A stretch of 64,000 nucleotides of DNA, from NCBI GenBank assembly GCA_000320545.1, contig ADNK01000643.1, positions 1-64,000 on the forward strand, in the 5' to 3' direction. Below, one piece after another: positions 38,794-49,657 of the stretch. The translations under genes and the position numbers were made by a program. The notes beneath the pieces were generated by a model that saw only the letters and a program-made list of their open reading frames with translations, made no database searches and was not told where the DNA came from. The first letter of the stretch is position 1. Every line of letters starts with the position of its first letter. The stretch comes from Bigelowiella natans CCMP2755 (lineage: Eukaryota; Protista; Cercozoa).

Positions 38794-41691
38794 CTACTCT
38801 TTTGTAGTTTCCATCAGAAAGTCAAAAAGCGCAGACTCATGAAGCCGCCGCCGGCCCTTCTTTTTTGCGTACAAAAGAAGCCTCTTCCACAGCCACGAGG
38901 AGCTCTTGCCAGCTTTCAAAATAGCCTCCACTACTTGTTCGAGACCCTCGGTGCGATTGTCGCCAAAAGTGTGGTACAGCACCTTCTTCTTCGCCTCGGA
39001 GCAACCTATCCACTGCAGCATGGCCTGGAAAAATAGCCGAGTAAGTTGTTGCTTCTTCACGAACAGCTCTATCTATACTTGACGTGATCCGGAGAAAATC
39101 TGCCTGTTTCTCTTTACCGAAGGGTAAGAAGAAAGAAAAAAGGGCTGCGGCTGAAAGATTTTTGCATAATTTGTCCAGTTTAGCGTGCTGATAGCATAGA
39201 GAAACATCTTAGTTCATACGACGTATTTGTACCTTGAGTGGAATATCCCCCCCAAAGGCGCCACAGCCCCAATTTCCAGTTGCAAACGTATCGAAGGCGT
39301 ACTGTTTCGGAGTCATGACGGCAGCGTCTTTCGACTCCTCTATTGTGCTATCTATGGATTGCTTACCTAGGAAGGATAAACGAGATTTAATAATGACAAG
39401 CTTTGACGCTCTTAATCAAAGATAGCAGTCAAAATGAGTCAAATGCGACGAAAGCCGGCTTTTCAGATGGGCTATGTCCATGGTTCGATTCTTGTCAGCA
39501 AAGGACCTGCATCCGGGTCGTAAGCCGTGAGTTTTTCCCCAGCGCAAGTGAGCTCGTTGGGGACATCAACAGCGACGAAGGTCTTCACAATCTCGCGCAT
39601 CATAATCTCCTTGCTGTATTGATTAAACTGACGTGATCAGCCAAGGTATCAGTGTCTCCCAGAGTATATCATCAAAGAAGTTGAAAACCAAAAGCTACGG
39701 CACAGAGTCCGCATCCATAATTGCGCTAAGATGATTTTTACATAAATTGCAAGTGTAAAGGCTCATCCATTGTCTGACCCTCCACCAGTCCAAATTTTTG
39801 GTCAAAAAAGTTATTCTCTCATCCTTCATCTTCCCCTTCACAAGTACCGAAAAAGCAACGATTGCATCAAACGCGATGATGACGTTTGATATGCGACGTT
39901 TGGGATCGAGTGGTGTCTTATCCTTGAAGTCTCCAGCATACTTGAACCCTCGTGCATAACCAGTGTGCTTTGAGAAACGCTCTGCGCCAACTGATGAGTA
40001 ATGAAGGCGAAAGGTTGACACCCAGCGTATATCAGATCAAACTTGCTGCATTGACTGGATGCGTCTCGTTTTTAACTCATTTCTCAAACCCCCCCGAGCT
40101 TTCTTGTACAATCGGCTGCACTCATTGCATTACACACGCACACGCACACGCACACGCACACGCACACACCAACCTAAGGTGATGCTTTCGTTAGCCAGCA
40201 TGACTTCACAGAAGAGCATTGAGCACAGACACTCTGGTTTTTCGAGAAACAGTATCTCTTCTTGGACGCAACCCGCTTGCAGCACACCGCCCCCGATCCA
40301 CTCATTCGCGAAATCTGCCTGTAGACATCTACATCGCGCACGCATTGCGAGTACGTTACGACAACAAGGGGTAAATACAGAGGTAAAGGAAAGGGGGGGG
40401 AGAGAGAAAGAGAATGAAGGAGTTGACGCAAATCATAAATGGGTGCTCCTGTCGTTCTGGTTGCTGCTTCTTCTTCTTCTTCTTCTTCTTCTTCTTCTTC
40501 TTTTCCAAGCGACATGGTCGTATCTAATCGCGCATACCCATCAGCGTCTTCGATCATGTGACCGACAGGAAGCACTTTGAATTCCGTGAGCTTAGTGTCT
40601 TCTTGCGGCTCAAACTCCTCTGCATTCTTCAGGACGAGGCGATGAAAACTCACGTTGCGCTCGCTGATACCCCCAACTGCGAGACGGAAAAAGTAGTGCA
40701 GGAGGCACTTCGAATGCTCCTCACAACGAGAGAAAACGCCAGCGAACGCAAGCTCCGGACAGTTCCGTCCTAACACATTTACGAGCTATTTAGAGCTACC
40801 ACGCAACGCAGGACAGCCATATGGTTTCAATCTAGTGGTAGACAGCAAGTCACTTTCTAGGAAATGATGGCCATCGCCTTCAAGGTGATGCAGAGGGAAG
40901 ACAAGGGGGGGGTTAGTACCTGATGGAAGCAGGTCAAAGAATGCACAAGCCAGGATCACCGCGCATTGGTGAGCTGTGAGCGTCAATTTAGCTGGATACC
41001 CTTGCCGCAATAATGGAATGCTCTTCGCGTCAGCAAACTGCACAGGGAGTTGCAGGATTAGCTCTTGAACAAACGGCAATATCTTCGAGAAAAATTTCTT
41101 TCCTTCCTCCCCTAGATACGGGATGGGTAAAGAGGGAGAGAGAGAGAGAGAGAGAGAGAAAGGTGAAGGCGTCTCGTCAGCCCATTTCTAAGTTCTCTGG
41201 TTTTCGCCATCATTTCCATCTACTACCCATCGAGTCAACCGCCTTGCAGAGGGCCTTGTAACGATATGTCTCTTCTTTGTGTGGGTTGAGATCACTGGCT
41301 AGTTTCTCAAAGTCATCCCATTTCTCAACCTAAATGAAAGATGAGCTATGGAATTTCGACAGCGACCTGGAAGCCACAGTTCATTTTCATTCGCACGCAA
41401 AATGGCCTCTGGTGAGCGTCTTTACCTTGGTTTCGGAGAGAATTTTCGAAATCCTCACCCACATCTGCCCGTCGGAGTGCGGGAGGTCAATCATGTGTTT
41501 CGATGAATCTGAACAGTTCAGTGCAATTGGATTTAGAAAGGTGTGCATGCATCACAAATGCTGTCTACATTTCGACCGTTTTTGCATCTTCGAGAGCGTT
41601 TCTCACCCCCTTGTTCACTCTCCCCTTCCATCGCCTTCTCTTGATCCTTCTTCCTCTTGGAGGGGGCACTAGGTCCGTCTTTCTCTTCCAT
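38794..41691 (-). CDS. PARG: Poly(ADP-ribose) glycohydrolase
   Basis: QADFANEWIGGGVLQAGCVQEEILF catalytic motif; GAERFSKHTGYA; IIAFDA; ATGNWGCGAFGGD; MLQWIGCS. Confidence 0.93.
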
Positions 41692-41824
41692 CTCTCCGGT
41701 TTCTTCGGTTTCGGGTGAGCGTTCTCAGGCGTTTTTTCGCTACGACATCTGAATATCCTCGTAGCATCTAGTCGTAAATCAAGGACGATTTCATCGGCAG
41801 AAAAATTCCGTGAAATTTCCTAAT

Positions 41825-42893
41825 GCAGGCTTGATTTCCGAGAGAAGCAGCCTCTGCTTCTGAAAAGAAAGCTTGATGCATTTGAGTGGAGGTCTTGCGC
41901 CGTCAGTGTTTTGCCGCTAGTGTCATTGCAACACAATGACTAAATCATGCCAATTTGAAAAACCAGCTAGTTGATTTGCTAGTCACAGTCCTCACTGAAG
42001 CCAGTTCGAGGCACTGCATTTCGAACACTGCAAATGTCTTGCAACATTTTGGAAATGCAGTTCATCATCATTGTTCATTGTTCATTGTTCATTCAATGTT
42101 TGGTTCGTGCCATTTTGCACGATCCCCGCTAGCTTGCTAGTCAGTCCTCACTGAAGCCAGTTCGAGGCACTGCATTTCGCACTTTGCAAGTGTCACGTCA
42201 CACTTTGGAGATGTTGTTTTTCATCATTGTTCATGTTGTTCATTGTTCACAATGCAAGTGATTTTCTCAGCACTGCCACAAAGTGTGAGAATCCATGGGA
42301 CGAAAATTTTGCCCCGCAGACTGCCTTCTTGCATCGTTTGCTTTCCATCGAAACAGTGATCCAACGCTGTGGGAAGTCGTGTCGAAGTGTTTTCGGATGA
42401 GATGTGCAACCTTCTGCATCATCGTCGACGTCCTCACCCTCCAGCCCTCGGCTTCCTCGTGGAGCTTGCCTTCGGCAGGCGGTCTTTTTGCTGGAGACAC
42501 CCGTGTGCATGTGAGTGACAATCTGGACAATGACAATGATGACCACACTTCCAAAACGTTGTGAGACGTTCGCAGTCAGCAGTGCACGAAACGCAGTGCC
42601 TCGAGAACAATGAGACAATGATGAAAATTTGTCTGCACTTCCAAAGTGTGACAAGACACTTGCAGTGTGCGAAGTGCAGTGCCTCGAACTGGCTTCAGTG
42701 AGGAGTGAAAACTGTCGAACCAGCTTTGGTGAGGCCTCACCAGCCCTGTGAGGCTGGAAGGGGTGCGACAGCGCAGAGTCCATTGGTGGCATTCGAGTGG
42801 AAAACCCTGAGGAGTGAAACTCATCAACCACACTGCAGCAGTTGCACGTTCGGACATTGGCCATCCAGAGAGAGAGAGACAGAGAGCTGGAGC

Positions 42894-42936
<43 letters not shown>

Positions 42937-43020
42937 TTCTGTTCCTGCTTGCACAAGCATGACAGCTCTGGCAATCATGATCATGAGAAGCATGTCACAG
43001 TGACTGCATGAACATCGCCA
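41825..43020. pseudogene. Rearranged, hypermutated duplicate of PON-like gene fragments (exons and introns)
   Basis: 41825-41865 and 42247-42460 are inverted copies of ~36820-36530; 42754-43020 is a direct copy of 36831-37010. Confidence 0.88.
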
Positions 43021-43420
43021 CCAATCGAGCAACAATGTCCAGATGTGATGGGGAAAGTTTGACAATGATGCAAAGTGGCGATTTTGCATGTTCATTCCTG
43101 CTGCATGATTCAGGCAATTGCTGCATGCAATTCGCTTGCTCATCATGCGTTCGTGTCGCATGAGCTTTTCCACGTGTGCAAGGCGAGAATTGCACGGCGC
43201 GCATGCTGGCATGCTAGAATGATCATGGCAATCCACCCAAATAACCAGTCTTGCAGTGCGCACAACCGAATTGATAATAGACATAGTGACATTGTCATGG
43301 ATGCTGCAAGGTGCTATAATTGCTACTCGTAGACATTGTCCATTGTGTGTGCTGTGTGTGTAGCTAGTGTGATTAGGTGCTGCTAGCGTCCATGACATCG
43401 ATCACAAAAATGCCAATCAA
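41870..43420. other. TpA-depleted intergenic island E (strongest)
   Basis: No TpA between 42139 and 43214. In 41881-42140 there are only CTAG x5 and CTAA x1. Confidence 0.95.
41988..42710. repeat. ~110-150-bp unit CTCACTGAAGCCAGTTCGAGGCACTGC..., in tandem and inverted copies
   Basis: Plus copies at ~41988 and ~42141; minus copies at ~42705-42610 and ~42605-42520; another plus copy at ~37870. Confidence 0.85.
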
Positions 43421-43673
43421 AAGATGTTAGAAAGGTGCACACATTTGCATGATGCAACGCTCCATGCTAGCATGGTATTGTGTAACTTTCGCAAAATCAT
43501 GTCTAATTTTGGAGTTTTACCGTCACCCCTACCATAACGGCGTTGTTTAATTCATTACTGATACACATATTTTCTGACGTTATTTTCACACCATCACTAT
43601 TAAGATTCACAACGCAAATTCTATTATTCACAGAATTGCACGAATTTAATAAATTGCTGGATATCTTGAGTCC

Positions 43674-43819
43674 TTAAAGTTCCGCGAACTTGTTCTCGAA
43701 GATTTCCTTCATCGTCAGAGCCATCTGATGGACTCGACTATGGGGGGGATTGAACTTGCATGCATTACTGAAAACAAGGCGGATGTCCTCGGCAAACGTC
43801 TGCTTTTCCGTATAGTAAC

Positions 43820-43858
<39 letters not shown>

Positions 43859-44147
43859 TCAATATTGCCCCCACCTCGTTCAATTCACTCTCTAATTCGT
43901 GCAGCGCAGCACACGGATGCAACCATAACTATATAAATGCGGCGTAAGGGCCTTTTGTTGTAGCAGCATTTTTTGTTATTGTTTGAAACGTGAGGTCGAT
44001 CGTTGAGGAAGAGAAGGAGAAGGGCTGAAAAATTCTTCTAGATGATAATTCATCTATATATCCTACGCGTTTACATTTAACACATGCATCGAACTACCGC
44101 GTGCATACAACAACCGCACCACCAACCCAGCCACCATCTACTTACTA

Positions 44148-44185
<38 letters not shown>

Positions 44186-45098
44186 GGTATACTACTACCC
44201 GATCAAGACGGCTTTTGATTGTCCCGAGATCCATAGGGTGCTTGATGACCTCAAAGTAGGTGGGAAGGTTCAGCTTGATGGGGTCCACTGGCTCGTTGAA
44301 GACATACCCAAATCTGACGAAGGTGTGGTATATGAGAAAGAGGAATATGTGTGCATGTGTGCATGTGTGTGGGATAATACAGCACAGTTGGAAGGTACAG
44401 CTTTGGGCGCTACGTTCTTCCTCCTGGTGTGTCCGTGTGTGTGCGTGCGTGTGAGTTAGTGTCCGTGTGTGTGTGTGTGTGTGTGCTCTAGGAGTGAGGA
44501 AGGGGTAAGGATATCATCGTGTTCACCACCAATCATCCCTAAAACCAATAATGTGATTGACTATTCTCGACATTCCGCTTGCCTACACGCCTTCCCCGCA
44601 CACTTAAACAGGAGCAATTCTCTCCATTTTCTTCTTCTTCTTCTTCTTCTTTCCCATTCTCCTAATTACTTATGCTTCATGAGGCCTTTCAGTGTTTTTT
44701 TGAGCCCTCTAACGTTCGCCTTCTTCGTGGATGTTTTGCTTTTGTTTATAATCGCATTCAGCTTCTTGAGCTCCTCCTCCATCCGTTTCTGTGGATGTTA
44801 GGAGTTGGTCAGCAAAGATCACATCCCCCTCTACCAACAGCACCCCCCCCCCCCCCCCCGTCTCCTCTCATCAACTACTACTCTCCGGCTCCGACCTTTT
44901 CAAGAAGGGCCTTCTCGACATCCATGTTGTTCATGCTGCCGCCCGTCGTCGTCGTCGTAGTCCCGGCTGCACGGTGGGACTTTGCGCTCCTTCCACTGTT
45001 ATTATCCTTTCCTCCCGGCCCTCGCTTTCTCTATAGATGATGTCAACACATAAGCACGCAAGAACTTTAGTATGTGATCTCATTAATAGAGTAGATGG

Positions 45099-45149
<51 letters not shown>

Positions 45150-45660
45150 TAGAAAGAATAGATGGCCCAACATCAATATCCCCCCCGCACCCCTTGCGAA
45201 GAGAAGTACAGTCCCACCCACTACTCATAATACTCTTTTCTGCTCCTCCTCATCATCTCCCAAATGATGATGATGCTGGGGTGCTGCCACTTTCCTCTTC
45301 CTGTTCCTCTTCCTCTTCTTCTTCTTCTTATTGTTGTTGTTGTTGTTGCTGTTGTGGTTCTCCCTTCTATTCTCATGCGGCCCACTGCTTGCTGCATCCC
45401 CACAACCATCATCATCATCAGCAGCAGCAGCAGCGCTTCTGCCACACACTTGACGGTAATCATCGCCATTGTCGATTGTGGGGATCGCCTCCACCTTACT
45501 GCTGTATTTCCCCTCTCCCCACGCCCCCTTCTTTTTCCTCCTCTTCTTTGTACCCCCCTTCCCTTCAGAAAATTCTTTCCTATCCCCAGGCGGGGTCCTT
45601 CTCTTTTTCTTCCTCCTCGCGCTCTCCCCACCCGCTCCTCCTTCAAGGCGAGGAGTCATG
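43674..45660 (-). CDS. Bromodomain protein (GTE/BET-like bromodomain), low-complexity N-terminus
   Basis: LKGLMKH; [34 protein letters not shown]; [33 protein letters not shown]. The 5' end is uncertain. Confidence 0.88.
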
Positions 45661-45835
45661 GGGGGAGAGGAGGGAGGGAACTATGGCGCATCATCATCAG
45701 CCCCCCACCCCAAAAACGACAACCAACCAACCATGTCCAAGAATGGCAAATGGATGTTCATAAATAATGCAAATAATGCAAATAATGTAGGAGTTGGAGT
45801 AGTAATAGTCGCCCCATATCCAATCAGTACATACC

Positions 45836-45880
<45 letters not shown>

Positions 45881-45890
45881 TACACATGAC

Positions 45891-45934
<44 letters not shown>

Positions 45935-46087
45935 CACATGACATAAAAGAGAGAGAGAGAGAGAGAATAAAAGTGACGAGAGAGAAGCGATAAAAGGTGG
46001 TATAGATCGAAGCGGGTAAGCACATTCCCCCCCGATTCTCTATTTTGGCGGTAATGATTATTAGTATTGTCACTTATTTCTTCTTCT

Positions 46088-49000
46088 TTATTTCAGGGAC
46101 TTCACCTTTTTGCTGCTACTGCTGCTTCGTACGCTCTTGAGCTGATGTTCGAGGCCTTGTATCTCGCCCTGCACCCTCTCTATCTCGGCACGCGTCTCCG
46201 CAATCGAGAGCATCTTGATGTCGGCAGGGACCATCGCCGGAGTGATTAGGTCAACGTCCTCGCTCCCCACAGCGACCGACACGTCCTTCCTCTTCTTGTA
46301 AGATGGCGGTTTCTTCTGCTTATTCTTCTTCTTCTTCGAGGAGGAGTAGGCGAGGGATCTTGAGATGGCGGCATCGTCACCATCGTCAGTGTTGTCGCTG
46401 TCGTCTTCATCAAACGTCGACTCGACGACGAGCTTGGCGGGGTACCACCCGTTTTGGGGGCCGAGAATCTGATTGCCGACGATTCTCACCTGCGCAAGGC
46501 CTGCATCGCGCCACAACCCATACACGCCCCCCCCTCCTCCTCCTCCTGCTGCGGTGCCCCCAGGAGTAGTATCAAGCCGTGTCCACTGATAGTTTCCAGG
46601 CTTGAACAGCAGCGTCTGCCCCGAGGCGTCCATGTAGCCTTTGAGGACGATCCCATTGGCGAAAGTCACGGTAATGTCCGGGTGGTACCTATGTTTCTTC
46701 GCGAGGGCGCTGCTCTTCTGGCGCTGGGCTGCGGTGGGCCGAGGAGTTGTGAAGGCCGCCGGGGAAGAGATGTTGCGGATCATCTTGGGGATCTTCGGCT
46801 TAGGCTTCGGCTTCGGTGGCGACTGCTGCGGCACGGGGATGTCTGCCCCCCCCCATTCTTTGCGCATGGCAATCACCTTCGCTGGGTACCACCCGTTGAG
46901 CGGTCCCTTGATCTCTCGCTGGCCGATGGTGACGGGCACTTTGACTGCATCGTACCACTGCCCCTTGATGTCCTCGCCCCATGTGGCGGAGCTGGAGGTC
47001 CCTTGGCAGAGGATGAGCCCACCCGTTTCTATAGTGCGGTGCCACTTGTAGCCCCCCTTCCACAGAATCTGGTGGCCCTCGTCCACCACCGATCCTTCCA
47101 GTCTCACCTTGTTGGCGAAGACCGCAACAATGTCAACGCCGGGAAGCAAAGCGCCCTGAGCCCCCTTCTTCTTTTTCTTCTTCTTGCCCCCGAAGGCGCC
47201 CCCTCCTCCGCCCCTCTTGCCGCCCTTGTTCTTCTTGGAGCTCGAAGGCGGTTTGGGGTTGAGCGGGTCGCTATGCCTGACCCCGAGCACCAGCCCAGGA
47301 TACTGACTTCCCTCCCCCAGGATGTCTTTCGAGTCTGAGAGCTGGATTTCCTTGCCATTCTCATCGCTCCAGACGCCGAAGGGGCTTGCAACGCTGTCGT
47401 CGTCGTCTAACGGCGTTTTCCTCCGCCAGCGTTCCCCGCCCGGCGTCCAGAGGAGCCCAGTCCCGAACACGTCGAGCGTGCCCACCATCTTCTTCCCGTC
47501 GGCGAAGCGGGCGGAGATGCGGGTGACACGCGCACCGGTGAGTTGGAGGACCTCGGCGGGGTACCAGGGTTCCAACCCGTAGGTGGGGCCCTTGATCGTC
47601 GCATGGCCGACCTCCACCTTGCTCCCGCCAGCATCGAACCATTCGCCAAGCAGCCCCGAGGCGGCGGAGGCTGTCTTCCGCTCCCATTTGTAGGCGATGC
47701 CCTTGCCCTTCCATTTGAGCGTCTTGCCCTCCTTTTCCAGCACCCCGTGCATCTGCTTCCCATTGGCGAAACGGGCTACCACCCCCCACACACACACCGC
47801 CGCCGACGACGACGACGACGTCGTCGTTTTATTTGCTGTTCCCGCATCAGCTACTTCTGCTGGTTTTTGGCCAACAACAGTGGTGTTGGTGGTGGTGGTA
47901 GCAGTTGTAGTAGTACTACTACTACTACTAGTAGTAGTAGTAGTAGCGGTAGCAGCAGCAGGCGGGGTGACTACGGTGTTGTTGATATCCGAAGAAGTAG
48001 TAGTAGTCGCAGTAGCAGCAGCAGCTGTAGTAAGGGGATTGCTGGCGGTGGCACCAACACCGCTGCTAGCGGAAGGGGAGGAAGTTTTGCTCTCCTTTTC
48101 GTCGGTAGTACTAGTAGAAGTAGGAGGATTTGCAGCAACTGCCGATGCTGTTGTTGCCATCGCCGCCGCCGCTGCCGTCTTCTTCGTCTCCTCATTATCA
48201 TCATCATCGTCCCCCTTCTCTAGCATTGGCATCTCCTCCTCTTCCTCCTCCTCCTCCTCCTTCTCTTCCGTGTTTGGGCGTCGAGATACCGTTACGCCCT
48301 CCTCAGTTTCTAGGGCAGGAAGCTGATTCTTGTCGTCATCTTCGACTTTCATGTCGCGCTGCGCTGAGGAGGAGGAATGTGCCTGCTGCTCTTGCTGCTG
48401 CTGCTGCTGCTGGCCATTGAGGGCCCGTTCTCCTGCAGCACACATTATGATAATGAGAATCTCTCGTGATTATCTAAAGACAAATAGCTAATATAATACC
48501 ACACGCCCCACGCCCTGTAAACAACGACATACACAAGTGGCTTTCCATATTCGCCCGACAGCGTGCTCTCTCCCTCTCCCCCTCCCTCCCTCTGCCGACA
48601 CCCTGTCACACACCGAGGTAGAAAGTGTGCACTATCAACTACGGGATTACTTTACTACCTTCCTGTGGTTGTTCTGTGGATCTTGGGTGCTTTTCACCTG
48701 ACTGTCGGGGCTGTTTACCACCAACAGTAGGAGTCTCCCGCTGCTGTAGCTGCGTTCCCTCCGATGATGCTGGTGTTTTACCGCCCGTTGTAGCTCTCTT
48801 TTCGTCGCTACTGTCTGCAGTAGCATTAGCAGCAGTGGCAGAAGACTCGGACAATGATTTCGATAGTTCTTTATTGGAGGAGTCGGACGATGATCTCGGT
48901 AGCTCTTCATTGCGCGAGTCGGATAATGATCCCGGTAGTTCTTTTTTGCGGGAGTCGGACAATGATTTCGGTGGCTCTTTATCGACCATGCTACTACTAC

Positions 49001-49630
49001 TATTACTCGGCTGCTTATCACCGGTGCCCCTTGGTTGCTTGCCGCCCATGCTCCTAGTTGGCGCATTGCTTTTCAGGCTTGCAGGTTGTTTCCCCCCAAC
49101 ACCCGCAGGCTGCTTTCCTCCCACATTCGGTCGCGGATGATCAGTAGTAATTTCCTCCTCGTCACTACTACTGCTGCTGCTACTCTCGCTATCATCATCG
49201 TCGTCCTCAACTTTGCCATTCTGCGGGGAGAAAATAGAGGGGATGTCATGGGGGGGGGGAAGGAAGGGATGTTGTTGGTATGCAAGATTTCAACATGGAT
49301 CTGTTGCTCGTGGCAATCGGCATTTATGATTACTAAAGCATTTCAAGTTTGTATCACCTGTTGGGTGGCATCTGCTTTGGTATCCACAGCATCGGATTCT
49401 TTCCCATCTTCTTCCATTGGCTGTGCCCTAGTCTGTTCTCCAACCGTCTGTGGGAATGTAACATCCTTTTCCACCGTACCAGTATCTTTCTTCGTGTCAT
49501 TATTTGATTGTCGCCCGGGAACCTTTTCCTGATCCATTGTATTGGCCCCTTCCAGAGCTAGCTTATTAACATCGCCTACTCTCCCCTCAGTCGGATTGGA
49601 CTGAGATCCTTCATCTAACTCCATAGCCAA
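46088..49630 (-). CDS. Large low-complexity protein with four copies of an ~80-aa Trp/Gly beta-rich domain
   Basis: 785-aa ORF 46088-48445 plus upstream ORFs 48639-49124 and 49343-49630. Repeats begin VVARFANG, ISARFADG, IVAVFANK and ITVTFANG. Joining the ORFs into one gene is inference. Confidence 0.65.
48845..48990. repeat. Coding 36-bp tandem repeat, about 4 copies
   Basis: GA(G/C)TCGGA(C/T)(A/G)ATGAT...unit encoding SLSDSRKKELPG-type 12-mers on the minus strand. Confidence 0.85.
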
Positions 49631-49657
49631 TGAATGATTTGTATCGCCACTCCCCGT

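Noticed and set aside
41988-42710. CRISPR-like repeat-spacer array
   Set aside because: Units are over 100 bp, degenerate and in both orientations, with no regular spacers and no cas genes, in a eukaryotic context.
41825-43020. ADAR-edited retrocopy
   Set aside because: Introns are retained, both A-to-G and T-to-C occur on the same strand, and TAG is the spared context rather than the favoured one.
42247-43398. 383-aa ORF, plus ORF clusters at 8385-9338, 37853-38689 and 57063-57610
   Set aside because: C/H/A/M-rich with no domain. They exist because TpA loss removes TAA and TAG stops.
46303-48420. Long plus-strand ORFs (294, 226 and 209 aa)
   Set aside because: Antisense shadows of the GC-rich 785-aa minus-strand coding region.
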